The notes under the pieces: generated by a model
The model's database searches: none
What the model saw: the letters and a program-made list of their open reading frames with translations, nothing else
What the model was told of the DNA's origin: nothing
Source: Gammaproteobacteria bacterium
GTDB lineage: Bacteria > Pseudomonadota > Gammaproteobacteria > SG8-11
Assembly: GCA_013151345.1 (NCBI GenBank)
Contig: JAADIM010000008.1
Coordinates: forward strand, 1 to 51,714
Reading direction: 5' to 3'
Length of the DNA stretch: 51,714 nucleotides
In this document: piece after piece, positions 11,276 to 23,310 of the stretch
How the letters are laid out: each line of letters starts with the position of its first letter
Numbering within the stretch: position 1 is the first letter of the stretch
Made by a program: the position numbers and the translations under genes

Positions 11276-12511
11276 CTAAAAATTTCCCTGAAACCAACTC
11301 TTCATTTTCCCCAACACACCTTTAAATCCTTTATTTAACGACGTATCCATTTTCCGGTCATCTCGGTGTTGATGACCGTACAAAAGTAACCCGACACCTG
11401 TAGCATGTATTGGATTACATACAACATCTATCAAGCCGATAACATGTTGCGGATAACCCAGTCGCACCGGCACATGAAAAATTTCTTCAGCAAGCTCAAT
11501 CACACCTTCCATTTTTGAACTGCCACCCGTTAGCACGACACCGGCCGCACATATATCTTCAAATCCGCTACGGCGTAATTCTGCCTGAACCAATCCAAGT
11601 AACTCTTCATAACGAGGCTCGACAACTTCCGCCAAAGTTTGCCGTGCTAAACGTCTTGGCGGACGATCGCCTACACTGGGCACCTCTATAGTTTCATCCG
11701 GACTCGCCAGCTGTGTTAATGCGCACGCGTATTTAACTTTAATCTCTTCTGCATATTGTGTAGGTGTACGCAAAGCAACAGCGATATCGTTGGTTACCTG
11801 ATCACCAGCAATAGGTATGACCGCAGTATGCTTAATTGAACCTTCAGTAAAAACGGCGATATCAGTCGTGCCACCGCCTATATCAACCAGGCAAACGCCC
11901 AAATCCTTCTCATCGTCTGTCAGTACGGAATAACTAGAGGCTAGCTGCTCTAAAATAATATCGTCTACTTCAAGACCACAACGGCGTACACACTTTATAA
12001 TATTCTGCGCCGCGCTAACGGCACCAGTGACCAGATGTACCTTCGCCTCTAATCTAACACCTGCCATACCGACGGGCTCTCTAATGCCTTCTTGCTTATC
12101 GATAATAAATTCCTGCGGAAGAATGTGTAAAATTTTCTGATCAGCAGGAATCGCAACCGCGCGCGCTGCATCAATAACACGATCAACATCACCTTGAACA
12201 ACTTCCTTATCTCGAATCGCAACAATGCCATGAGAATTCAAACTGCGAATGTGACTACCTGCAATACCGGCATAAACGGAAGAAATTTGACACCCTGCCA
12301 TTAATTCCGCTTCTTCAACTGCTCGTTGAATCGATTGCACCGTAGACTCAATATTGACGACTACACCTTTTTTTAAGCCCTTTGATGGATTCATACCAAT
12401 ACCAATTACTTCCACTTCATCGTCCGGCGTAATTTCACAAACAATCGCTACCACTTTGGATGTACCAATGTCTAAACCAACAATCAGATTCTTGTCAGAC
12501 TTTTTGGACAT
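11276..12511 (-). CDS. ftsA: Cell division protein FtsA
   Basis: VGLDIGTSK, VDIGGGTTD, C-terminal WFQGNF amphipathic helix. Confidence 0.99.
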   Translation of the reverse strand: MSKKSDKNLIVGLDIGTSKVVAIVCEITPDDEVEVIGIGMNPSKGLKKGVVVNIESTVQSIQRAVEEAELMAGCQISSVYAGIAGSHIRSLNSHGIVAIRDKEVVQGDVDRVIDAARAVAIPADQKILHILPQEFIIDKQEGIREPVGMAGVRLEAKVHLVTGAVSAAQNIIKCVRRCGLEVDDIILEQLASSYSVLTDDEKDLGVCLVDIGGGTTDIAVFTEGSIKHTAVIPIAGDQVTNDIAVALRTPTQYAEEIKVKYACALTQLASPDETIEVPSVGDRPPRRLARQTLAEVVEPRYEELLGLVQAELRRSGFEDICAAGVVLTGGSSKMEGVIELAEEIFHVPVRLGYPQHVIGLIDVVCNPIHATGVGLLLYGHQHRDDRKMDTSLNKGFKGVLGKMKSWFQGNF

Positions 12512-13287
12512 TAATTATTCCTCCTCAAGGAGTCGCCATTTTGTAACATAACGTTCTGCAACAAAGGGTTCTGCAACGTAGAACTCTCCATCATAGACAA
12601 GTGCGTGGATTTCCACTTAACCGCGAACCCGTTTGTATAGCGAAGATCAACTTGTGCGATATCTTTCATATTTTTTGAAAATACCCCACTTACAACGTCA
12701 ACAAATCGATCCAATGCTTGATATACATTGATACGCCCAACCACCAGCTCAACATCATTATTCAATACAATTCGCCATGCTTGACGATCATCCATTTCCA
12801 ATACTGAAATTTTTTGGTCAATATTACTTAACTTCCGGGTCATTTCTTTGTATTGGCTCAACATAACGCTGTGCGAATCTTCAGGACCACGTAAATGAGG
12901 CAAATCACCAGGCATACTCTTTAATTCCGGATAAAATATTGCTCCCTGCGCATTCAGTAATCCGTTGTTATTCCAAATCGCAACTGCTTCCTGTTCTTTT
13001 ACAGTGATTCGTAATGTATCCGGCCATACACGTCTAACTGAGGCAGATTGAATCCACGGCATTTCTTTTACCGTACTCTCTATTTTGGCGACATCTACGT
13101 TAAAGAAACCGCCCGAAATATTATTTGTAATTATATTTTGCAAATGCTCTTGACTAACATGCTCAAATAAGCCGTCAACCCTAACTTTTTTAAACGGCAC
13201 GGAATCAGACTCGAACAGAACCGTCACACCCCAAAACACCAAACCAGTCAGGGCACCAACAATCAATAATTTGCTTGGCAATTTCAA
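12511..13287 (-). CDS. ftsQ: Cell division protein FtsQ
   Basis: TM helix, POTRA domain (PWIQSASVRRVWPD), DLRYTNGFAVKW. Confidence 0.96.
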   Translation of the reverse strand: MKLPSKLLIVGALTGLVFWGVTVLFESDSVPFKKVRVDGLFEHVSQEHLQNIITNNISGGFFNVDVAKIESTVKEMPWIQSASVRRVWPDTLRITVKEQEAVAIWNNNGLLNAQGAIFYPELKSMPGDLPHLRGPEDSHSVMLSQYKEMTRKLSNIDQKISVLEMDDRQAWRIVLNNDVELVVGRINVYQALDRFVDVVSGVFSKNMKDIAQVDLRYTNGFAVKWKSTHLSMMESSTLQNPLLQNVMLQNGDSLRRNN

Positions 13288-14213
13288 AGTTTATTATCCG
13301 TGTTGTTTGTGAAAGACAATATCCTCCAAACCAACTCATCGAAATCAAGACCGGCCTCACTCGCAGCCTTCGGCACCAAACTATGGTCCGTCATTCCCGG
13401 TATTGTGTTGACTTCGATAAACCAGGGATTATTTTTTGTATCGCACATGAAATCAACTCGCCCCCAGCCACTCGCACCAATCGAATGAAATGCTGTTAAT
13501 GCAAGCTGCTTTAACTCTTCTTCTGTTTGTTGCTGCAATCCACTAGGGCAATGGTAAGATGTATCTGTTGCACTATATTTTGCTGCGTAATCGTAAAATT
13601 CTCTTGGTGTCTCCAAACGAATAAGCGGCAAAGGATCATCACCTAAAATTGTTGCGGTATACTCATCGCCGTCAATCCATTGCTCAGCAATTACCTCAGC
13701 ATCATATTTACAGGCTAACTTGTAAGCAGCACTCAAGTCCGCTGCTTGCACTACCTTAGACATCCCAACACTTGACCCCTCATGATTTGGTTTAACAATT
13801 AACGGAAGCCCCAGTTCATTACATACATCATCAAAATTTGTTGACTCATTCATAATCTTAAACAAAGGTGTTGGAATACCCTGACTAATCCATATTTGTT
13901 TGGTTCGCAACTTATCCATACTTAATGCACTTCCCAGAACATCACTACCAGTGAACGGCAACCCCAGCTTTTCAAGAACGCCCTGCATTACCCCGTCCTC
14001 TCCACCTCGACCATGTAAAACATTAAAAACACGATCAAATCCACCATCAAGCAATATTTTAATAATATTTTTGTCCACATCAATACCATGCGCATCAACC
14101 TGTTTACGCCGCAAGGCGTCCAGCACTGCCTGACCACTTTTTAATGACACTTCACGTTCAGCGGATAATCCACCCATCAATACAGCCACCTTTCCAAATT
14201 CTGCCGCGTTCAC
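13284..14213 (-). CDS. ddl: D-alanine--D-alanine ligase
   Basis: GGLSAEREVSL, LHGRGGEDG, EVNTIPGMT. Confidence 0.98.
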   Translation of the reverse strand: MNAAEFGKVAVLMGGLSAEREVSLKSGQAVLDALRRKQVDAHGIDVDKNIIKILLDGGFDRVFNVLHGRGGEDGVMQGVLEKLGLPFTGSDVLGSALSMDKLRTKQIWISQGIPTPLFKIMNESTNFDDVCNELGLPLIVKPNHEGSSVGMSKVVQAADLSAAYKLACKYDAEVIAEQWIDGDEYTATILGDDPLPLIRLETPREFYDYAAKYSATDTSYHCPSGLQQQTEEELKQLALTAFHSIGASGWGRVDFMCDTKNNPWFIEVNTIPGMTDHSLVPKAASEAGLDFDELVWRILSFTNNTDNKL

Positions 14214-15133
14214 TTTGCTGGTTCTCCGACTATATGCACTTCTTCAGTTAAATCGACGCCATGAAATTGTTTAACCGCCCGTTTTACATACTCAATCAAC
14301 GACTCGATGTCCATCGCACTGGCGTTGCCCATGTTGACAATAAAATTTGCATGCTTATCCGAAACACATGCACCTCCAATACACTTTCCTTTCAGGTCCG
14401 CACTTTCAATCAATTGCGCTGAATACTTTCCAGGAGGATTTCTAAACACAGATCCTGCCGACGCTTGTTGAGTTGGTTGTGTACTATTGCGCAACATTAA
14501 AAGTTGCTTTATTTGCTTTTTACCAACACCCTTCTCATCTTTTAACGAAAAGTCTGCTAAATTTGATTTTGGCTTTAAATAAACCGCAGCAATCCATTCT
14601 CCTTCTGGGCCGGTTACCTCACGGTACTTAACTTGATAGTCATTGGGAGATCGCATACGACGCAGACCTGTGCTATCAATTGTTTCAATCTCATCGATTA
14701 ACTGCCAGGTTTCACCTCCAAACGCACCCGCATTCATAGCAACAGCACCACCCATCGTGCCGGGAATTCCTGCTAAAAATTCTGCTTTTGCAAGGCCGTT
14801 CTGCACACAAAAACGCGCTGCTTTGGCACATGACACACCTGCCTCGGCGCGAATACGCTGGTCCTGCAAAAATACCAGGTCATTTAGCGCACCACTGGTA
14901 CAAATAACCGTTCCACGTATACCGCCGTCACGTACCAATAAATTGCTACCTAAGCCTAACCAGAAAACTGGTTCATTTTTCGTTAACTGTTGTAAAAACA
15001 AAACCAAATCATCCATGCCGGCTGGTTTATAAAAATGATCTGCCGGACCACCCACACGCCATGATGTGTGACGTGCCATTAGTTCGTTTTTTAACATTAC
15101 GCCCCTAAACGAAGATTGTCGTGCCGCCATCAT
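14210..15133 (-). CDS. murB: UDP-N-acetylenolpyruvoylglucosamine reductase
   Basis: [39 protein letters not shown]. Confidence 0.97.
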   Translation of the reverse strand: MMAARQSSFRGVMLKNELMARHTSWRVGGPADHFYKPAGMDDLVLFLQQLTKNEPVFWLGLGSNLLVRDGGIRGTVICTSGALNDLVFLQDQRIRAEAGVSCAKAARFCVQNGLAKAEFLAGIPGTMGGAVAMNAGAFGGETWQLIDEIETIDSTGLRRMRSPNDYQVKYREVTGPEGEWIAAVYLKPKSNLADFSLKDEKGVGKKQIKQLLMLRNSTQPTQQASAGSVFRNPPGKYSAQLIESADLKGKCIGGACVSDKHANFIVNMGNASAMDIESLIEYVKRAVKQFHGVDLTEEVHIVGEPAK

Positions 15134-16710
15134 GACTTATCTTCCTTACGACGGCTCAGTTTCGGAACCTTGTTTTTTAATGGAATGTTTTTTAATGCAT
15201 CGTTTTGAGAAGACTTGTTTTGCAAAGACGTGTTTTGTAATGAGTTGCGCAGTGTAGAATCCCCCAACAATTCCGTCGATAATACTGGGGCAATCGAACC
15301 AATATCACCTGCACCTAACACCAACACTATGTCGCCGTCTTTCATCAAGCCCTTAACCGTGTGAAGTATGTCATCAATATTTTCAACAAATACCGGATCA
15401 ATCTGCCCACGGTTACGTATCGCACGACACAAAGTACGCCCATCGGCGCCGGCAATCACATCTTCACCCGCTGAAAACACATCTAACAAAACAAGCACAT
15501 CCACTTCGGACAATACAATAGTAAAATCTTCAAATAAATCCTGTGTTCTGCTGTAACGATGCGGCTGGAAAACAGCAAGCAATCGACGATTGGGCCATCC
15601 ACTACGAACGGCTTCGATCACCGCAGAAAGTTCGCTTGGATGATGTGCATAGTCGTCAATTAGCAGAACTTCACCTTGTTCCGTCTTTATTTCTCCATAA
15701 TTTTGAATTCGCCGTCCGATCCCTTCAAATTGTTTTAGTGCCCTTAGTATTGAATCATCATCCACACCTAGTTCATGTGCCACCGCAATCGCAGCCAACG
15801 CATTTAATACATTATGTTTTCCTGGCAAATTTAACGTAATTTCTAATGGTATTTCATTATCACGGCGCATAACACTAAATGTTGTGATAGCTCCTTTCTG
15901 TTTAATATTTTTAGCCACAATATCAGCATCACCTTCTATGCCGTAAGTCACTGTGGGTCTGGATATTTCCGGTAACATTTCAAGCACTACCGGATCATCA
16001 ATGCACAAAATAGCCAATCCATAAAATGGCAGGTGATGCAAAAATTCAACAAACGTATTGCGTAGGCGAGAAAAATCACCTCCATAGGTGCGCATGTGAT
16101 CTGCATCAATATTAGTTACAATCGCAAGCATCGGTTGCAAATAAAGAAATGACGCATCACTTTCATCCGCTTCGGCAACCAGATAAGGGCTTTCGCCCAA
16201 CTTTGCATTGCCTCCGGTACTATTGAGCCGCCCACCAATAACATAAGTTGGATCCAAGCCACCTTCTGCAAGCAAGCTCGCCACTAAGCTTGTTGTTGTT
16301 GTCTTCCCATGCGTTCCAGCAACCGCAATACCATGACGAAAACGCATAATCTCGGCTAACATTTCTGCACGCGGCACAACGGGTATTCTATTTTTATGCG
16401 CCGCCACCACTTCAGAATTATCATCAGCTATTGCAGAAGATGTAACAATGACGTCGACATTGCTTATATTTACCGGATCATGACCTATTATTATTTTTGC
16501 GCCTAAACCAGTCAATCGATGTGTAATGTTATTTTCGCGCAAATCAGTGCCTGATATTTGATAACCCATATTTAATAAAACTTCAGCTATTCCTCCCATA
16601 CCTACACCGCCAACACCGATAAAATGAATTCGATTAATGCGTCGCATGGCCTGCCAATTCAAACCATTTTTGTTTAGTGTATTATCAATATCAGGCATGA
16701 CATCCATCAC
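15130..16710 (-). CDS. murC: UDP-N-acetylmuramate--L-alanine ligase with a repeat-containing C-terminal tail
   Basis: [33 protein letters not shown]. Confidence 0.98.
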   Translation of the reverse strand: MMDVMPDIDNTLNKNGLNWQAMRRINRIHFIGVGGVGMGGIAEVLLNMGYQISGTDLRENNITHRLTGLGAKIIIGHDPVNISNVDVIVTSSAIADDNSEVVAAHKNRIPVVPRAEMLAEIMRFRHGIAVAGTHGKTTTTSLVASLLAEGGLDPTYVIGGRLNSTGGNAKLGESPYLVAEADESDASFLYLQPMLAIVTNIDADHMRTYGGDFSRLRNTFVEFLHHLPFYGLAILCIDDPVVLEMLPEISRPTVTYGIEGDADIVAKNIKQKGAITTFSVMRRDNEIPLEITLNLPGKHNVLNALAAIAVAHELGVDDDSILRALKQFEGIGRRIQNYGEIKTEQGEVLLIDDYAHHPSELSAVIEAVRSGWPNRRLLAVFQPHRYSRTQDLFEDFTIVLSEVDVLVLLDVFSAGEDVIAGADGRTLCRAIRNRGQIDPVFVENIDDILHTVKGLMKDGDIVLVLGAGDIGSIAPVLSTELLGDSTLRNSLQNTSLQNKSSQNDALKNIPLKNKVPKLSRRKEDKS

Positions 16711-17858
16711 TTTGGCCCTTGTGCCACATGATCATTCGCCGAAGTGGCAGCCTTCTTACACCACATCGCTACCTCATGAGCTGCATCCGGCGTTGCCAAC
16801 TTATATGCTGCTTGCGCCATATTTAATAGTCTTTCGCGCACCTCCGTCATGTCTTCCTTCGCAAAACTACTCAACACGTCACTGAGATAACGTGGCGTCA
16901 GCTTATCTTGTTGTATAAGCAATCCTGCCCCGGCATCAGTGAGGCTCTTCGCATTTGCAGTCTGGTGGTCATCAACCGCATGTGGATAAGGAACCAAAAT
17001 TGACGCAACACCAGCCGCTTCTAGCTCTGCTACCGTCAATGCACCTGCCCTACAAATAACGATATCTGCCCATTGATACGCTTCGGACATATTCGATATA
17101 AACTGTACAATTTTTGCTTGAACATGGGCATATTTATAAAATTTTTCAGTATCTTCCTGCTTATCGCGACCTGTTTGATGAAACACGATCGGCCTGAATT
17201 TTTCTGATATCAAACCCAAAGCAGGTGGTACTGTCTCATTAAGCGCAACCGCACCCAAACTTCCACCTAACACCAATAAACGTAGAGAACCATTGCGACT
17301 GTTGTACCTTTCTTCTGGTGTATGTAAATTTCCTATATCTGTCCTAACCGGATTTCCCACGGTAATTACATTAGAACCATCATCAAATACGCCTGGAAAC
17401 GCTTGAAAAATTTGACTAGCTATTTTGGAAAGAAGGCGATTAGTCATTCCAGCAATAGCATTTTGCTCATGTATTATTAGCGGTATACGTAGGACCCAGG
17501 CAACCACACCGGCAGGCCCTGTCACAAATCCGCCCATCCCAAGTACCGCATTCGGCTTCAAACTTAGCAACACATAAAAGCTTTGAATTAATGCAAGCAA
17601 TAATTTGAACGGTGCTAATAGCAGTGTAAGTGTATTTTTTCCTCTTAATCCATTGATAGAAATATATGAAATCGGAAAACCTGCTTTTGGAACAATATTT
17701 GATTCCAAACCACGTCGCGTCCCTAGCCAGACAACTGAAACACCTGAAGAACGCAGCTCTTCAGCAACCGCTAATGCAGGAAAAACATGACCACCGGTAC
17801 CACCTGCCATAATCAATATTTTCACCTTAGAATGCTTGTCTATTTGTTTTTTACTCAT
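16707..17858 (-). CDS. murG: Lipid II GlcNAc transferase MurG
   Basis: [26 protein letters not shown]. Confidence 0.98.
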   Translation of the reverse strand: MSKKQIDKHSKVKILIMAGGTGGHVFPALAVAEELRSSGVSVVWLGTRRGLESNIVPKAGFPISYISINGLRGKNTLTLLLAPFKLLLALIQSFYVLLSLKPNAVLGMGGFVTGPAGVVAWVLRIPLIIHEQNAIAGMTNRLLSKIASQIFQAFPGVFDDGSNVITVGNPVRTDIGNLHTPEERYNSRNGSLRLLVLGGSLGAVALNETVPPALGLISEKFRPIVFHQTGRDKQEDTEKFYKYAHVQAKIVQFISNMSEAYQWADIVICRAGALTVAELEAAGVASILVPYPHAVDDHQTANAKSLTDAGAGLLIQQDKLTPRYLSDVLSSFAKEDMTEVRERLLNMAQAAYKLATPDAAHEVAMWCKKAATSANDHVAQGPK

Positions 17859-17941
17859 AACTATCCAATTATCCGTTCCTTAGAAAATTTTGTTGCTATA
17901 TTGTTATAGCTATATTGCATCGTCCGTTTTATAGCTATGTT

Positions 17942-17980
17942 TTATAACTATTTTTTATAACTATTTTTTATAACTATTTT
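17942..17980. repeat. Three tandem copies of 13-bp TTATAACTATTTT overlapping the ftsW stop
   Basis: Read directly from the sequence. Confidence 0.85.
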
Positions 17981-19242
17981 TTATAGTTACGTCGTTTATT
18001 TCTTTTATTAGAACGAAATGCATTTTTGCCAGACGATTCTCCTTCATTATGCACTTCATAAAAAATGCGCATTACAATCGCCAAAGATATACACACCATA
18101 ACCATGCTACTACCACCATAACTCATCAATGGTAATGTCAATCCTTTGGTTGGTAATACACCCATATTCACACCTAAGTTAATAATTACCTGTAAGCTAA
18201 GCCACAGACCAATACCGTATGCAAGATATGCTGCAAAGCAGTTTCCAATTTTCTCTGCTTGGGAAGCAACATATAAAATCCTCCATACAACGATAGAAAA
18301 CAAACCGATAACTATAAACGATCCCGCCAAACCTAATTCTTCTGCAATCACAGCAAAAACAAAATCAGTATGAGCTTCCGGTAAATAAAACAATTTTTGG
18401 ACACTGGCACCCAAGCCTACGCCAAACCATTCACCCCGACCAAACGCAATCAATGCTTGGGTGAGCTGAAATCCACTATTAAAAGGGTCATCCCAGGGAT
18501 TTAAAAATGTAGTCAAACGTTGCATACGATACGGTGCGGAAAATGCCATCCCGACCAGCGCTGCGATAACCACGGCAACAAATACCGTAAAATGTAACAG
18601 CCTTACTCCGGCAAGAAACAACATACCAAAAACGGTTGCAGATAAAACAACTACCGCGCCAAAATCAGGCTCAGCGAACAGCAAGAGACTTGTAATTGTC
18701 AGCAATACAATCGGTATTAGGAATCCTTTTAGGGTTTCGCGTATTTCTTCTCCTCGTCGCACTAAATAGCCAGAAAGATAAATAATAAAAAATAATTTTG
18801 TGAACTCAGAGGGCTGTAAATTTACAAAACCTAAACTGATCCAACGTGCGCTACCATTAACTTGTAAGCCTATTCCGGGAACAACAACCAAAATAAGTAA
18901 CGTGATCGCGCCTATTAACAAGAACGGCCCCGATTTTTGCCAAAATGACAAGCGCACCTGCAATACGCAAAAGGCTAACAACAGACCAACACCAACGTAG
19001 GCAATTTGCCGTGTAAGAAAATATAAAGGCTGGTGCATTACTTTATCAGAAATACCAATTGATGCAGAACCGGTCATTACAACCCCAATACACAACAGAC
19101 ATACGACGGATCCGACAAACCAGTAATCTAATATTAACGATTGCGTTTTATTATTTTGGGAAGAGCTTCTTTGAGAAGTGCTTCGCGACCCAGGTTGCTT
19201 ACGCTGCCAAAAACCATCAAATATCTTTGCGTAATTAATCAT
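17974..19242 (-). CDS. ftsW: SEDS peptidoglycan polymerase FtsW
   Basis: QPSEF, YLPEAHTDF, LPTKGLTLPLMSYGGSS. Confidence 0.98.
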   Translation of the reverse strand: MINYAKIFDGFWQRKQPGSRSTSQRSSSQNNKTQSLILDYWFVGSVVCLLCIGVVMTGSASIGISDKVMHQPLYFLTRQIAYVGVGLLLAFCVLQVRLSFWQKSGPFLLIGAITLLILVVVPGIGLQVNGSARWISLGFVNLQPSEFTKLFFIIYLSGYLVRRGEEIRETLKGFLIPIVLLTITSLLLFAEPDFGAVVVLSATVFGMLFLAGVRLLHFTVFVAVVIAALVGMAFSAPYRMQRLTTFLNPWDDPFNSGFQLTQALIAFGRGEWFGVGLGASVQKLFYLPEAHTDFVFAVIAEELGLAGSFIVIGLFSIVVWRILYVASQAEKIGNCFAAYLAYGIGLWLSLQVIINLGVNMGVLPTKGLTLPLMSYGGSSMVMVCISLAIVMRIFYEVHNEGESSGKNAFRSNKRNKRRNYKK

Positions 19243-20671
19243 ATAACCTCGTAACGATATTCATAAAATCAAGTCCGCGTTCTTCAAACCCGCCATACAT
19301 ATCAAAACTCGCGCACGCCGGTGCAAGCAAAACACTGTCCCCTTCATCAGCTAACTCATTTGCACTTTTTACCGCTTCTTCCATATTTTCAACAAAAACG
19401 ACCTTGACATTAGAACCTAATGCATGCGCTATAAGTTCCGCATCCTGCCCCAATAACACAACTGCTTTTGCTTTTTGTTCAACTATTTTTTTTAATGGAG
19501 AAAAATCTGCACCCTTACCTTCACCTCCCGCGATTAAAACCACCTTTCCGGTTAACGCACCAACTGCGGCAACAGTTGCTCCTACATTTGTCGCTTTTGA
19601 ATCATTATACCAATCCACATGATTATAATTACCTAGCCACTGCATACGGTGTGGCAGCCCCCTAAAATCAGACAGGCATGGAATAGTTTTTTCGAGTGGC
19701 AAACCAATCGCTTCGGCCAACGCCAAAGCCGCCAGCGAATTAGCTAAATTATGCTTTCCTTTAATTTTCATATCAGTTTCACTTATTAGATTTTCTTCGC
19801 CCCGAGCCAACCAATTACAACCGGCTACTTTTCGCAAACCATAAACCGCGTCACCCGGCTCATTCAAAGTAAAGCAAATTATCTTTCTATTTTTATCAGA
19901 TTTTTTATTTTCAGAAGACCCTTCATTAGAGAAGTTATTAGAGAAGTCATTAGAAAAGGAAGAAACAAGTGGGTCATCTAAATTAACCACAACAGCACCT
20001 TCACCCTGATAAATTTTCTTTTTGACATCTAAATAATGACTAATATCACGATAACGATCCATATGATCCGCACTTACATTCAACACAACAGATGCAATCG
20101 GATGCAGAGAATACGTGGTTTCGAGCTGAAAGCTGGATAACTCCAAAATGTAAAAATCAGGTTTTACATTGTCTGGTGATGCGTCCGACAATGTGTCAGA
20201 TAACAATTCAAGAACGGGCGTACCCAGATTACCACCCAACTTTGCAGTCAATCCTGCACGCTGAACCATCTCACCCAACAACGTTGTGACGGTACTTTTA
20301 CCATTTGATCCTGTAATCGCAATAACAGGTGCGTTAACATATTGGGAAAATAATTCAATATCACTAATAACATTCGCACCCTGCTTTATAGCGTCAGATA
20401 TAATCGGTTCATCCAACGACACACCGGGAGATATGATTATTTGTTCTGCCACACCAAAGGCATCAGGGTCGAATCCGCCTGTAAATACTGCGATGTCAGG
20501 ATATTCATTGCTCAGTGTGTCAAGTTCAGGTGGTTTTACACGACTATCCGTTACTGCAACGGAGTAACCTTTTTTCGCTAAGTAGCGCGCGCAAGACAAC
20601 CCTGTCTTACCTAAACCAACGATCAATACGCGATTTTCAGCCATATCTCTTTTCAAACTTGTGTTTAACAT
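19235..20671 (-). CDS. murD: UDP-MurNAc-L-Ala--D-glutamate ligase
   Basis: GLGKTG, TGSNGKSTVT, ELSSFQLE, NDSKATN. Confidence 0.98.
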   Translation of the reverse strand: MLNTSLKRDMAENRVLIVGLGKTGLSCARYLAKKGYSVAVTDSRVKPPELDTLSNEYPDIAVFTGGFDPDAFGVAEQIIISPGVSLDEPIISDAIKQGANVISDIELFSQYVNAPVIAITGSNGKSTVTTLLGEMVQRAGLTAKLGGNLGTPVLELLSDTLSDASPDNVKPDFYILELSSFQLETTYSLHPIASVVLNVSADHMDRYRDISHYLDVKKKIYQGEGAVVVNLDDPLVSSFSNDFSNNFSNEGSSENKKSDKNRKIICFTLNEPGDAVYGLRKVAGCNWLARGEENLISETDMKIKGKHNLANSLAALALAEAIGLPLEKTIPCLSDFRGLPHRMQWLGNYNHVDWYNDSKATNVGATVAAVGALTGKVVLIAGGEGKGADFSPLKKIVEQKAKAVVLLGQDAELIAHALGSNVKVVFVENMEEAVKSANELADEGDSVLLAPACASFDMYGGFEERGLDFMNIVTRLYD

Positions 20672-20734
20672 AAATCTAATCCCGCCGGATAAACGTTTAT
20701 AGACACTTGTTTAACACTTCTTTCAGCACAAGCA

Positions 20735-21817
20735 TCAACGTATTTTCAACGTCGCCAATCCGATTAATACCAAAATTACCGTGATCACCCAAAAACGAAC
20801 GATCACTCTGGGTTCTGGCCACCCTTTTAATTCAAAATGATGATGTAATGGCGCCATCCGAAAAATTCTTTTTCCTGTCAACTTAAATGACGCCACTTGC
20901 AATATCACAGATACCGTTTCCATAACGAACACACCACCCATTATGAACAACACTAATTCCTGCCTTACGATAACAGCGACCACACCAAGTGCTGCACCTA
21001 ATGCTAATGCGCCAACATCACCCATAAACACCTGGGCCGGGTAAGTGTTGAACCATAAAAAACCTAATCCCGCGCCTACCATGGCTCCGCAAAAAACACC
21101 CACTTCACCCACACCTGGGATATACGGAATACTTAGATACTCCGCAAATTTAATATGGCCAGTAACATAAGCAAATACACCTAACGCACCTCCCACCATT
21201 ACTGATGGCAAAATTGCCAATCCATCCAAACCATCTGTCAGATTTACTGCGTTACTTGTCCCGACAATAACCAGATAGGTGAGTAAAATAAAAAACAAAC
21301 CAAGCTCAATAGATACAGACTTAAAGAAAGGTACAATTAAATTTGTCTCAGCGGGTATCGTTGCCGTGCAATACAACGCCAGCGCTATAATTAAAGCGGC
21401 GACAGATTGAGAAAAATATTTACTTCGCGCCGACAATCCACCAGAATCTTTCTTAACAATTTTTTTATAATCATCAACCCAACCGATCGAACCAAATGCA
21501 AACGTGGTAAATAAAACAATCCAGATATAACGATTACTTAAGTCAGCCCACAAAAGGGTACTCACCCCTATTGCAACCAGTATTAAAGCCCCTCCCATAG
21601 TAGGCGTTCCGGCCTTCGACAGATGTGATTGTGGACCATCATCTCGCACTTGTTGACCGATTTGACGTGAACTCAGTTTTCTGATTAATGAGGGCCCAAT
21701 CATAAAAGATATTACAAGTGCAGTAAGCACACCCAAAATCGTGCGCAATGTCAGATACTGAAACACATTAAACCCACTATATGTTTCGGCTAATAAACCG
21801 AACAAATACAAAAGCAT
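20735..21817 (-). CDS. mraY: Phospho-MurNAc-pentapeptide transferase
   Basis: [33 protein letters not shown]. Confidence 0.99.
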   Translation of the reverse strand: MLLYLFGLLAETYSGFNVFQYLTLRTILGVLTALVISFMIGPSLIRKLSSRQIGQQVRDDGPQSHLSKAGTPTMGGALILVAIGVSTLLWADLSNRYIWIVLFTTFAFGSIGWVDDYKKIVKKDSGGLSARSKYFSQSVAALIIALALYCTATIPAETNLIVPFFKSVSIELGLFFILLTYLVIVGTSNAVNLTDGLDGLAILPSVMVGGALGVFAYVTGHIKFAEYLSIPYIPGVGEVGVFCGAMVGAGLGFLWFNTYPAQVFMGDVGALALGAALGVVAVIVRQELVLFIMGGVFVMETVSVILQVASFKLTGKRIFRMAPLHHHFELKGWPEPRVIVRFWVITVILVLIGLATLKIR

Positions 21818-21818
21818 C

Positions 21819-23183
21819 TCAAATATCTCCGGTATCTGTTAATGCCGCAACAATTCGTTCCATGCGCATACTTCTAGAACCCTTAATCAATACAGTAACA
21901 TCTGCGCGCAAACTATTTTTAACTGTGTTTACCAATGCATCCTGAGTTTCAAAAAACAACCCATTTTGACCGCCATTCTCGCAATATGCGTTTACTGCAT
22001 ACTTACTAAATTTTCCCGTGGCATAAAACGCATCTAAGCCAGCCGCTAGAATTTCATTTCCCGCATCACAATGTAACGACTTTGTTGCATCCCCTAACTC
22101 TGCCATGTCACCCAATATCAGTATTTTTGTACCCTCACATGATGAAAGAACATGTAGTGCCGCACCTAAAGACGCAGGATTTGCATTATAGGTATCATCA
22201 ATTATTGTGGAACCGTCCAGGCCGGTCTTTTTCTGCGAACGGCCAGGGACAGATAACTCTGTTTCCAAACCTGCTTTTATTTCTGACAAATCAGCACCCA
22301 CGGCTAACGCAGCAGCACTTGCAGCTAGCGCATTCATCACATTATGTTTTCCTAGCATGGCAAGCGATATATGCACCGAGCCCTCTTTAGTATGTAATAC
22401 GAATTTACTTCCATCAGTTTGCTCTAACCACTGCACAAAAACATCCGCCGCTTCATTCGTTCCAAAAGTAACAATAGTGTGTTTATCTGCACATTTCTTC
22501 CATAATGCGCAATAGGGATCATCATAATTAATAACAGCAACACCATTATCTGACAAACCCTCGAATATCTCTCCTTTTGCTTTCGCCACACCATCCAACG
22601 TACCAAACCCTTCCAGGTGCGCGGGTGCCGCATTAGTGATTAGCGCCACTGATGGATTAACGATATTTGTTAAATACTGTATTTCTCCCGGGTGATTAGC
22701 ACCCATTTCAATAACCGCATACTGGTGGTGCGATTGAAGTCGAAACAATGTAAGCGGCACACCAATATCATTATTAAAATTACCTTGGGTCGCCAATACG
22801 GCACCTTTTTGCCGCAAAATTACTGCTAACATTTCTTTAACAGTCGTTTTGCCATTGCTGCCTGTCAACCCGATAAATGGCCAGTTAAAATCAGAACGCA
22901 ATTTTTTTGCCAACATCCCCAATGCAATTCGCGTATCTTCGACAATTATTTGCGGAATTTTATTTTCACTTTCCTTTTCAACAACAACCGCAACTGCACC
23001 TTTATCTATTGCATTTGAGATAAAATCGTGGCCATCAAAATGCTCCCCACGTAATGCAACATACAAATCGCCCGATTTCAACGAGCGTGTATCAATACAA
23101 ACATTCTCGATCAAACTGTCGACAGAACAGTCATCACCAACCATAGGTGCGTTTAATATTTTCGCTGCATCAGATAAATTCAT
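21819..23183 (-). CDS. murF: UDP-MurNAc-tripeptide--D-Ala-D-Ala ligase
   Basis: [32 protein letters not shown]. Confidence 0.98.
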   Translation of the reverse strand: MNLSDAAKILNAPMVGDDCSVDSLIENVCIDTRSLKSGDLYVALRGEHFDGHDFISNAIDKGAVAVVVEKESENKIPQIIVEDTRIALGMLAKKLRSDFNWPFIGLTGSNGKTTVKEMLAVILRQKGAVLATQGNFNNDIGVPLTLFRLQSHHQYAVIEMGANHPGEIQYLTNIVNPSVALITNAAPAHLEGFGTLDGVAKAKGEIFEGLSDNGVAVINYDDPYCALWKKCADKHTIVTFGTNEAADVFVQWLEQTDGSKFVLHTKEGSVHISLAMLGKHNVMNALAASAAALAVGADLSEIKAGLETELSVPGRSQKKTGLDGSTIIDDTYNANPASLGAALHVLSSCEGTKILILGDMAELGDATKSLHCDAGNEILAAGLDAFYATGKFSKYAVNAYCENGGQNGLFFETQDALVNTVKNSLRADVTVLIKGSRSMRMERIVAALTDTGDI

Positions 23184-23310
23184 AGTTACGCTATCTCTAA
23201 CAAAATCACTAACAAAAAATCACCGGAAAAGTCACCAAAACAATTATCATAATTCCTTTTTGCCGGTATACTCACACTAAAACCTGACTCTATTCATTCA
23301 TTTCGCATTT

